From Hadesarchaea archaeon (GTDB lineage Archaea; Hadarchaeota; Hadarchaeia; Hadarchaeales; Hadarchaeaceae), in contig JAOUPD010000002.1 of NCBI GenBank assembly GCA_029880065.1, forward strand, positions 1 through 32,640: a stretch of DNA of 32,640 nt. The letters run 5' to 3'. This document shows positions 25,818 through 32,640 of this stretch, one piece after another (position 1 is the first letter of the stretch; each line of letters opens with the position of its first letter). The notes under the pieces were generated by a model. That model searched no databases. It was not told the DNA's origin and worked only from the letters and a program-made list of their open reading frames with translations. The position numbers were made by a program, and so were the translations under genes.

Positions 25818-25895
25818 TGGTGGGCCCGGAGGGATTCGAACCCTCGACCTTCCGGTTATCAGCCGAACGCGCTAACCAATCTGCGCCACGGGCCC
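25818..25895 (-). tRNA. tRNA-Ile (GAU), intron-less, genomically encoded CCA
   Basis: The minus strand reads GGGCCCG-TG-GCGC-AGATTGGTTA-GCGC-G-TTCGG-CTGATAA-CCGGA-AGGTC-GAGGG-TTCGAAT-CCCTC-CGGGCCC-A-CCA. All stems pair. Confidence 0.95.
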
Positions 25896-25916
25896 TCATT
25901 AAGGACTTGCTCACGT

Positions 25917-25930
25917 TACTTAAATTTTTT
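25917..25930 (-). promoter_or_regulatory. Candidate BRE/TATA for tRNA-Ile (and probably the downstream larE-thi4 genes)
   Basis: The minus strand reads AAAAAATTTAAGTAAC, with the TTTAAG beginning 29 nt upstream of tRNA position 1. Confidence 0.45.
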
Positions 25931-26164
25931 CTGAGATAATCTGATTTAATTCGCTTTCCTCCTATTTTGCTTGCCGTCAAGTTAGGCAGAATGAAATCTA
26001 TATGAAAATCAGTGGGTGGTTTTTTGAGTTACTTGCTTACAAGCTTAGAAGAACCAAATAATTACGAAAAGATAGACCATCAGAAATCCATTCTTTATCA
26101 ACCATAAACATAAGAAGGCTATAAATACTACTAATAGTTGTAAAACAATGTGGAGGTATTAGAT

Positions 26165-26256
26165 GGGCGAAGCGGGGACGGGTTTATTATTATCCTGTCG
26201 GAAGGTTTGCTCCTCCTTTCCTTCCGTTAAACACCTAGGCTCGCCCCCGCGTCACT
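26165..26256. other. GC-rich imperfect long hairpin inside the AT-rich spacer (candidate small structured RNA; strand unresolved)
   Basis: GAAGCGGGGACGGG (26169-26182) pairs with CTCGCCCCCGCGTC (26240-26253). Twelve of the 14 positions pair, including one G-U. The inner helix is CGGAAGG (26199-26205) paired with CCTTCCG (26220-26226). The 14-nt apical loop is TTTGCTCCTCCTTT. Confidence 0.25.
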
Positions 26257-26420
26257 TACATCAAACAAATCAGTGATAGCAATGACGCCTATGTTTATAA
26301 GTTTTAAGCAGGAGATAAAAGCTTGTCCCGGCCGGCGATTGCTACTTAAGTGCCAGTATCAAGGGAAATGAAGAAATGGAAATATTGCTCATTTTGAGGC
26401 CAGTCTGATGAGGGGATAAA

Positions 26421-28772
26421 ATGAAATATGGAAGTTTTAGTGAGGATGGAAGAGAGTTTATAATAACCACTCCCCGCTTACCAAACCCTTGGATTAATTA
26501 TCTTTACAATGAAAAATATTGCGCTATCGTTTCCCATACTGGCGGAGGATACAGTTTTGAACAGGATTGTAGAACCAAAAGAATCACTGCTTGGAATCCT
26601 AACAATTTATTCACCGACAGACCGGGGAGATATGTCTTTTTGAGAGACAATGAAAGTGGCAAATATTGGTCGATAAACTGGCAACCTATCTGTCCAAAAA
26701 AACAAAATTTTCAGTGTATTCATGGCTTAGGTTATACTATAATTTCATCGACAGTTAACAAAATTAGTGGGCAGATCACTTATTTTGTCCCACTAAAAGA
26801 TAGTTTGGAAATTTGGAAAATAAGAATTTCAAACAGAGATAGGAAAAAAAGAAAATTTGGTTTATTTCCTGTTGTGGAGCTAATCATCAATGATTTCCAA
26901 TTGGAGATGTTATTCAAAAATATTTTTGCCATGTATAACAAAGCATGGTTCGATAGAGAATTACAGGCGATTATTTCAGCGAAAAATACTTGGGGCTGGA
27001 CTGGAATTTACCCTTACCGAACATATTTTGGGGCAAATTTTAAAGTTCACGGGTGGGAAACGAGAAGAGAATCTTTTTACGGTGCACCCCTCCTGCTATC
27101 AAACCCCAGAGCGATTGTAGAAGGCGAATGTACTAACACCGACAATTTAGGAGAAAATATGGTCTCAGCACTTCAGCACAACTTTGTTATTAAACCGAAG
27201 GAGGAGAAAGAATTTGTAATTTTACTTATTCACGCAAAAAAAAGGCAATCAGCGAAAAATCTTCTAACAAAATATAGAAGTTTGTCAAATGTCGATAACG
27301 CGCTTAAAGAGGTAAAACATTTTTGGGATAGGGTTGTTGAGAGAGTAAAGATAAAAACGCCAGATGAAGATTTCAATCGCATGATTAACATCTGGAGTAA
27401 ATACCAACTTTATACAACAAATGCGTGGAGTCGATCCCCATCCTATTACCATGAGGGAACGGGGGGCCGGGGTTATCGAGATTCTTGCCAAGATGCCGAA
27501 GGAATACTCTCTCTGGATGCTGAATACGCCAAAAATAAACTTCGCAAAATTGCCACACTTCACGCTAAAGACGGGCACTGTGCTCCTGGCTGGTCAGACG
27601 ATTACGGCCCTTTTACAGATACACCAAGAGCGGACCATCCTGTTTGGTTCACATACGCATTAGCAGCATATGTAAGAGAAACAGGTAATATCAACTTTTT
27701 GAATGAAAGTGCAAAATGGCTTGACGGTGGAGAGGGGACTATTTTTGAGCATTGTTTAGCAAACATTGACTATCTTTGGAGACACCGAGGACAGCACGGA
27801 TTACCGTTAATTGGCATTGCTGATTGGAACGATGCCATCGATAGCGCTGGAGATGAAGGTAGGGGCGAGAGTGTCTGGCTAGGTATCGCCTTTCATAGAA
27901 CGCTCCTCCACGCTGCAAGGTTAGCCAAAATTCTAGGTAAAGATGATATCGAGAAAGATTTGACCCACAAGGCAGACAAAATTAGAAAAATTGTAAATAG
28001 CTCTACAGGTTGGAATGGAAAATGGTTTAAAGCAGGGTACACTGACGAGGGGAACCCTTTCGGTTCTAAGGAAAATAAACAGGGTAAAATACACATTAAT
28101 CCTCAAATATGGACAATTCTGTCAGAAGTGTGTAACCTTGATAGACAAAAACAAGTTATGGCCATGGTCGACAAATATTGTGATAGCCAACATGGGCCTA
28201 TATTACTTGCACCACCATACACAAAAATTGATTTATCAATAGGAAGAATAACGAAATTCGCCCCAGGTATAAAGGAAAATGCGGCGATATTCTGCCATGC
28301 TGTCGCATTTAAAATAGTCGCCGACTGTATACTTGGCCGAGGTGATAAAGCTTATGATTCTTTTTGTAAAATAAATCCGATGAAACAGGATTTAAATCTT
28401 TACAAAGCGGAACCTTACGTTTTCGCCGAATATTTAGTTGGACATTCACATCCCTATCGTTTTGGTGAGGGTGCCTATACTTGGCTTACTGGAGCAGCAG
28501 CGTGGATGTACCTTGCCGCCACGGAATGGATACTTGGTGCAAGAAGGGATTTTGATGGATTAAAAATAGATCCGTGTATACCTAAGCATTGGAAGAAATG
28601 CCGAATAGAAAGACCGTTTAGAAACGCGATTTACAGAATAGAAATTAAAAATCCCAATTATGTAGAAAAAGGTGTTAAAGAGATATATGTCGACGATGAA
28701 AAAATAAATAGCGATATAATCAAACCGCATAGCGACGGTAAAGTTCACGAAGTGAAAGTCATAATGGGATAG
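26421..28772 (+). CDS. GH94-family glycoside phosphorylase (cellobiose / chitobiose / cellodextrin phosphorylase-like)
   Basis: 783 aa. The N-terminus is GSFSEDGREFIITTPRLPNPWINYL. It has GGRGYRDSCQD, the catalytic-Asp context IADWNDAI and IKENAAIFCHA. I recall these as the GH94 hallmarks (G.RD..QD, DWND, ENGxIF.H). No signal peptide is apparent. Confidence 0.85.
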   Translation: MKYGSFSEDGREFIITTPRLPNPWINYLYNEKYCAIVSHTGGGYSFEQDCRTKRITAWNPNNLFTDRPGRYVFLRDNESGKYWSINWQPICPKKQNFQCIHGLGYTIISSTVNKISGQITYFVPLKDSLEIWKIRISNRDRKKRKFGLFPVVELIINDFQLEMLFKNIFAMYNKAWFDRELQAIISAKNTWGWTGIYPYRTYFGANFKVHGWETRRESFYGAPLLLSNPRAIVEGECTNTDNLGENMVSALQHNFVIKPKEEKEFVILLIHAKKRQSAKNLLTKYRSLSNVDNALKEVKHFWDRVVERVKIKTPDEDFNRMINIWSKYQLYTTNAWSRSPSYYHEGTGGRGYRDSCQDAEGILSLDAEYAKNKLRKIATLHAKDGHCAPGWSDDYGPFTDTPRADHPVWFTYALAAYVRETGNINFLNESAKWLDGGEGTIFEHCLANIDYLWRHRGQHGLPLIGIADWNDAIDSAGDEGRGESVWLGIAFHRTLLHAARLAKILGKDDIEKDLTHKADKIRKIVNSSTGWNGKWFKAGYTDEGNPFGSKENKQGKIHINPQIWTILSEVCNLDRQKQVMAMVDKYCDSQHGPILLAPPYTKIDLSIGRITKFAPGIKENAAIFCHAVAFKIVADCILGRGDKAYDSFCKINPMKQDLNLYKAEPYVFAEYLVGHSHPYRFGEGAYTWLTGAAAWMYLAATEWILGARRDFDGLKIDPCIPKHWKKCRIERPFRNAIYRIEIKNPNYVEKGVKEIYVDDEKINSDIIKPHSDGKVHEVKVIMG

Positions 28773-28778
28773 ATTTTT

Positions 28779-31595
28779 ATGGACGCGGCCAAGTTGACAA
28801 ATTCTAAGAAAATTATTGGTCATAACTCTAAAAGCATGATAATAAAAGGCAAAAGAGTTATGCTTTTCGGCGGAGAACTTCACTATTTTAGAATACCTCA
28901 CGAACTTTGGGAAGACAGGCTCGTAAAAATGAAACGGGCGGGCTGTAATTTTGTTAGCACATACGTACCATGGAACTGGCATGAACCACGTGAAGGGCAG
29001 TATCGCTGGACAGACGATTGTGACCTTGGCTATTTTTTGAAATTGTGCAAAAAACATGGTCTATATGTTGTAATTAAACCCGGACCATACATTTGTGCCG
29101 AATGGGATTTTGGTGGATTTCCTGATTGGTTGTTATCAAGAAAAAAGAAATTGAAATTGCGGCTTCTAGATGATGAATATCTATCACTAGTGGAAAAATG
29201 GTTTAAAGCAATTTCTTCTGTCATTAAACCGTATTTGATTACTAATGGTGGCAATATAATTCTCTTCCAAATCGAAAATGAATACGATCATCTTATTAAA
29301 TTTGGCGATGTACCCATTTCAAAAGAATATGCACTAAAATACATTAGTAGACTCGTTGATATTGCAAGAGATGTTGGCATTGATGTGCCTCTATTTACTA
29401 ATGAAGGCGAATTTCTCAGAAGCACGGAAATTATCGATGCTCGTACTTTCTATCCTGATATTCCATGGCTTTGGTCACAAGAGTTTAATCATTTCGAGGA
29501 AAGAATAGAGAAATCAAAAATAGAACAACCTGATAAACCGATTTTGATTTTAGAATTGGAATCGGGATGGTTTGACCAGTTTGGGCAACCCAAGTGTGAA
29601 ATTCCTATCAACGTTCTGGAAACTTGTATGAGAAGTGTATTAGCACAGGGGGCCTCTCTTCTTAATGTCTACATGTTTGCTGGCGGGACAACTTGGCCTT
29701 ATTGGGGTTGCCGTGGAGATATTTACGATCTATTTCCTCCAGGTTATGGTATCCCTCCTTCATACGATTTTGGCATATCCCCAATTCGCGAATGGGGGGA
29801 ACTTAGTGAAAAGTACTACACATGCCATAAAATTTCTATGTTTTTGGAAAACTTTCAAGATCTTATAACAGAAACTGAAATCCAAAATGAAAATACCATT
29901 TCTATCAAATCAAGAGAAGCAAAAAAAACACGACTTTTGAAGAGAAAAAAAGCTGAAGTTAGAGATAACCCAGCAGATACTTTTGAAAAAATAAGAACTA
30001 TTTACAGGGCAGCGCCCCATGGTGGCCTTTTGTTCGTTCGCAATCTTGAGAAAAGTGATAGACATGTTTCCATCACGTTAACTCCACCATTTGAGAGGAA
30101 AAAGCTCAAAATACCAGTAAAAGGTGAATTGCAGGTATTGCCCTACTCAGCTGTTCTTCTTCCAGTTGATGTGAAAATTCCTAGCACAAATTTGACAATT
30201 GAGTATTCGACCTCTGAACTTTTGGCAGCAAAAAAGATAGGCAATTTTGATTACTTACTTCTTTACGGCAAAAGAAACCAAAAAGGTGAAACAGTTCTCA
30301 GAAATGTGCGTGCTCAAGCAGAAATAATAGAGGGCGAGGTTAAACAGTCCCTTGAAAATGATGTTTTGCAAATTCAGTACATCCATGATGGCATAAAGAT
30401 CGTTAAACTGGATTCACTGATAATAATTTTCTTGGATGACCACTACGCTGGCAGAACATGGATTGATAAGGATTTGCTCATGATTAGCGATTTTTATTTT
30501 GTTGAGAAAATAGAAAAATCTGATGGAGAACACAAAATACACATCCAGACCAAGCCCGACGTAAATACTCAGTCACATATTTTCTTACCTAAAGAGCCCA
30601 AGAATATCAAGCTTGAAAAGAAATCAATTAAATTTGATTTTGAGAAAAAAATAAACAGATGCAAGTTTGAGTACAAAGAAACCGGAAATAGTCCCATAAA
30701 GTTAAAGTGGCTTTCGCCTTGGAAATATGCCCTCGACGATGAGGAGTTACAACTCAATTACGATGATAACCAGTGGAAAGTTTTAGATAAACCAATTTCC
30801 TTGGAGCAAGCAGAAATCCTTGAGCATGGCTATATATGGTACAGGGCTAGATTCACGGTCCCAGATGAGTTAAAAAATGTAAAAATAAATGTGAATACCG
30901 GTGGTATTGACCGGGCCTACTTCTACCTAAATGGCAATTTGTTTTGGAGAGGGATCGGGGGGAGCTCTGTTAATGTAGACCCGCTTATCAGAAAAGGTGA
31001 AAATATTCTTGCGGTGAGATATTACAACTCTTTTCATCCAAAAGCCCATCCTCACGAAGGGATAATCCAAAAGTACAGTGGTTTACAATTCCCAATTCAA
31101 ATAGAAGGCGTAGTGAATGGAAAAAAGTGGACTGAACAAATAGAAAAGTCCAAGGTCAGAGCTGGATTAGGGGGCGATCTGAAGGGATTTCACGCTTTAG
31201 GATATGATGATTCAGATTGGGTAGAAATTCCTTCCGGAGAAAAATATGTATGTGCTGATGAAACAAAAGATATTGTTTGGTTTAGGAGAAAATTCTCTTA
31301 TGAAAAAGAAAAATCGTGGGGAGGTGCTGTAAAACTTCTCATACCCGCTGCATCTGAGCGATTTCTAATTTCTATTAACGGCAAATTTATTGGGGTGTAC
31401 GAATCAACGGGGCCACAGTTTGAATTTTACGTACCTGAAAGTGTTCTTAAAAAAGAAAATGTGTTAGTTTTACTCCTTGAAGGGCCCGGGTTTCACAAAA
31501 TATTTCAAGGTGTACCCAAGCAACCATACTTGGAAGAACCAATTTGGGGGACGTATTATAAAGCCAAGAGAGTTGAACTAGAAATAGTTTTGTAA
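28779..31595 (+). CDS. GH35-family glycosidase (beta-galactosidase / exo-beta-glucosaminidase-like) with C-terminal beta-sandwich domains
   Basis: It has GGELHYFRIPHELWEDRLVKMKRAGCNFVSTYVPWNWHEP, KPGPYICAEWDFGGFPDWL and QIENEY (the acid/base Glu context). Jelly-roll-like segments follow (GYIWYRARF, VWFRRKF). It starts 6 nt after the GH94 stop. No signal peptide is apparent. Confidence 0.85.
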   Translation: MDAAKLTNSKKIIGHNSKSMIIKGKRVMLFGGELHYFRIPHELWEDRLVKMKRAGCNFVSTYVPWNWHEPREGQYRWTDDCDLGYFLKLCKKHGLYVVIKPGPYICAEWDFGGFPDWLLSRKKKLKLRLLDDEYLSLVEKWFKAISSVIKPYLITNGGNIILFQIENEYDHLIKFGDVPISKEYALKYISRLVDIARDVGIDVPLFTNEGEFLRSTEIIDARTFYPDIPWLWSQEFNHFEERIEKSKIEQPDKPILILELESGWFDQFGQPKCEIPINVLETCMRSVLAQGASLLNVYMFAGGTTWPYWGCRGDIYDLFPPGYGIPPSYDFGISPIREWGELSEKYYTCHKISMFLENFQDLITETEIQNENTISIKSREAKKTRLLKRKKAEVRDNPADTFEKIRTIYRAAPHGGLLFVRNLEKSDRHVSITLTPPFERKKLKIPVKGELQVLPYSAVLLPVDVKIPSTNLTIEYSTSELLAAKKIGNFDYLLLYGKRNQKGETVLRNVRAQAEIIEGEVKQSLENDVLQIQYIHDGIKIVKLDSLIIIFLDDHYAGRTWIDKDLLMISDFYFVEKIEKSDGEHKIHIQTKPDVNTQSHIFLPKEPKNIKLEKKSIKFDFEKKINRCKFEYKETGNSPIKLKWLSPWKYALDDEELQLNYDDNQWKVLDKPISLEQAEILEHGYIWYRARFTVPDELKNVKINVNTGGIDRAYFYLNGNLFWRGIGGSSVNVDPLIRKGENILAVRYYNSFHPKAHPHEGIIQKYSGLQFPIQIEGVVNGKKWTEQIEKSKVRAGLGGDLKGFHALGYDDSDWVEIPSGEKYVCADETKDIVWFRRKFSYEKEKSWGGAVKLLIPAASERFLISINGKFIGVYESTGPQFEFYVPESVLKKENVLVLLLEGPGFHKIFQGVPKQPYLEEPIWGTYYKAKRVELEIVL

Positions 31596-31680
31596 AAAAC
31601 AAAAATAAACAAGTCCAGTCTTACTCATTTGCTCCCTCACTAAATACAAGATGCTTCTCGCCAGCCGTCCTTGACATTTC

Positions 31681-32640
31681 CTACGAATCACTTTCTTTGA
31701 AAATTCTATGTTTTACGTTCCCAATGATATCATTGTGATGAAATTCGACCAACTCTGAGTTTCTTCCTGCCCATACTCCTGCCTCTTTGTTGTTCTTTAT
31801 GATATTATACGATATAGCAGCGCTTGAGAATTTGTCCAAGCAGATTCCATTAAGGTTGCTCCGTTCTATGGCATTGTTTTTTATTATCGTCTTACGCGCA
31901 TTTTGAAGATAAATACCATGTCCCCTGTTCGGACGGTTTCCATTACCGCTTATCTTGTTGTTTTCTATCCTATTGTTATTACTGCCACGAATGCGAATTC
32001 CATCACTAGCATTGTCCTTTATTATATTCCCAGTTATGAGGTGATTGCTCCTGCCACCTCCAAAAATCACTATACCATCATTTTTGTTATTTATGAGTCT
32101 ATTGTTAATTATTTTAATGTTCTTAGCATTCTCAATCCGAATACCACCCTCCCATGCATTTGCATTACAGTTTTTAATGGTAAAACCCTCAATTATTACA
32201 TCATTGGATTCAACTCGAAATATGGCCTCCTCCATCTTTGCATCGAATATTGTCTTCTCTGGAAGCCCAGCGGATTTCAAGGTAACAGGTTTGTTCACCC
32301 TAATCGGAAATACCAGAAGTTCTGTATCGTAATATCCGGGCTTAACTCTGATCACGTCTCCACTACTTGCGTTGTCTATAGCATCCTGAATTGACAAAAA
32401 TGTTAGATCATTATTACCCATTATCCCATCATTATCCTTATCAATCCATACAAAAGGCCCTATAACTGAAAGTTTTTGTGCTTTCAGATCACCTATTGTA
32501 ACACTGTGAATTCCTTTGTTTTCAACGAATTTATAGGTAAAACTTATCTCTTTAGCTTCTTTACTATTCAGAGTAACTTCTTTCCAATCAGCTACTTTTT
32601 TGTCAACATAAAGTTTAACCTTCTCTTTTTTCTCAGATCG
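31681..32640 (-). CDS. Parallel beta-helix repeat (NosD/PbH1-like) surface protein, N-terminus outside the window
   Basis: The track ORF starts at M32421. My translation stays open upstream to nt 32640: ...RSEKKEKVKLYVDKKVADWKEVTLNSKEAKEISFTYKFVENKGIHSVTIGDLKAQKLSVIGPFVWIDKDNDGIMGNNDL.... That upstream part looks like an Ig/CARDB-like beta-sandwich. Downstream are repeated N-rich turns (IINNRLINNKNDGIVI, ITGNIIKDNASDGIRI, IENNKISGNGN, IKNNAIERSNLNGICL) typical of right-handed beta-helix repeats. Confidence 0.7.
   Translation of the reverse strand, partial: RSEKKEKVKLYVDKKVADWKEVTLNSKEAKEISFTYKFVENKGIHSVTIGDLKAQKLSVIGPFVWIDKDNDGIMGNNDLTFLSIQDAIDNASSGDVIRVKPGYYDTELLVFPIRVNKPVTLKSAGLPEKTIFDAKMEEAIFRVESNDVIIEGFTIKNCNANAWEGGIRIENAKNIKIINNRLINNKNDGIVIFGGGRSNHLITGNIIKDNASDGIRIRGSNNNRIENNKISGNGNRPNRGHGIYLQNARKTIIKNNAIERSNLNGICLDKFSSAAISYNIIKNNKEAGVWAGRNSELVEFHHNDIIGNVKHRIFKESDS

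Larger units (their letters stand above)
25896..32640. other. Low-G+C segment adjacent to tRNA-Ile (putative horizontally acquired carbohydrate-utilisation island, right border outside the window)
   Basis: My hand count of the first 100 nt of the GH94 gene gives about 32% G+C. The first 100 nt of dapB gives about 57%. The composition changes within about 100 nt of the tRNA-Ile 5' end and stays low to nt 32640. Confidence 0.6.

Noticed and set aside
25576-25980. A 134-aa minus-strand ORF.
   Set aside because: It runs straight through the tRNA-Ile gene and the 5' part of the larE-like gene in a different frame.
31484-31496. An 8-nt match (gggcccgg) to the tRNA-Ile acceptor end inside the GH35 gene, considered as a possible att repeat.
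   Set aside because: It is too short to be meaningful and lies inside a coding region. No flanking similarity to the tRNA extends the match.
1-32640. Search for CRISPR arrays, transposases or integrases, toxin-antitoxin pairs and known defence genes.
   Set aside because: I saw no regularly spaced direct repeats. No ORF has recombinase, transposase, nuclease-helicase or TA-like motifs. The only repeat of note is the 10-nt tRNA leader duplication.

Overview
This is an archaeal chromosomal fragment with densely packed genes, many with overlapping start and stop codons. G+C is roughly 50-57% by hand counts up to about nt 25,900. It then drops abruptly to roughly 32-35% and stays low to the right edge.

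Core genes, left to right:
- a TrkH/KtrB K+ transporter, cut by the left edge
- a UPF0147 / UPF0148 / wHTH / CPBP-protease group
- hypF directly behind a four-subunit 2-oxoacid:ferredoxin oxidoreductase operon (porGDAB order)
- ribosomal protein eS26, GGGP synthase, ribosomal protein eL40 and NAD(P)HX dehydratase
- a diaminopimelate-lysine cluster, lysA-lysC-dapA-dapB-(pyruvyl-transferase-like gene)-asd
- two membrane proteins
- sufC and a sufB/D-family gene
- a DUF362 Fe-S protein
- a sulfur-chemistry neighbourhood: moaE, a THUMP-less ThiI-like PP-loop ATPase, Thi4 and a LarE-like PP-loop ATPase

Three tRNA genes lie on the minus strand and none of them is in the ORF track.
- tRNA-Ile(GAU) has an encoded CCA.
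- tRNA-Cys(GCA) has a canonical 22-nt intron.
- The headline observation is an initiator tRNA-Met whose 75-nt cloverleaf is split into five exons by four BHB-flanked introns, at positions 10/11, 30/31, 37/38 and 59/60. One exon is only 7 nt and carries the anticodon.

The low-GC segment to the right of tRNA-Ile carries a GH94 glycoside phosphorylase, a GH35 glycosidase and a beta-helix surface protein that is cut by the right edge. It looks like a horizontally acquired carbohydrate-utilisation island.

eS26, eL40, GGGP synthase and intron-rich tRNAs point to a TACK/Thermoproteota-like archaeon. That lineage call is an inference, not a database result.

I found no CRISPR array, integrase, transposase or recognisable defence system. 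The ORF track omits the two edge-truncated genes, and its ORFs 9910..10254, 9161..9967 and 21357..21653 do not match my gene models for eL40, GGGP synthase and the zinc-ribbon gene.
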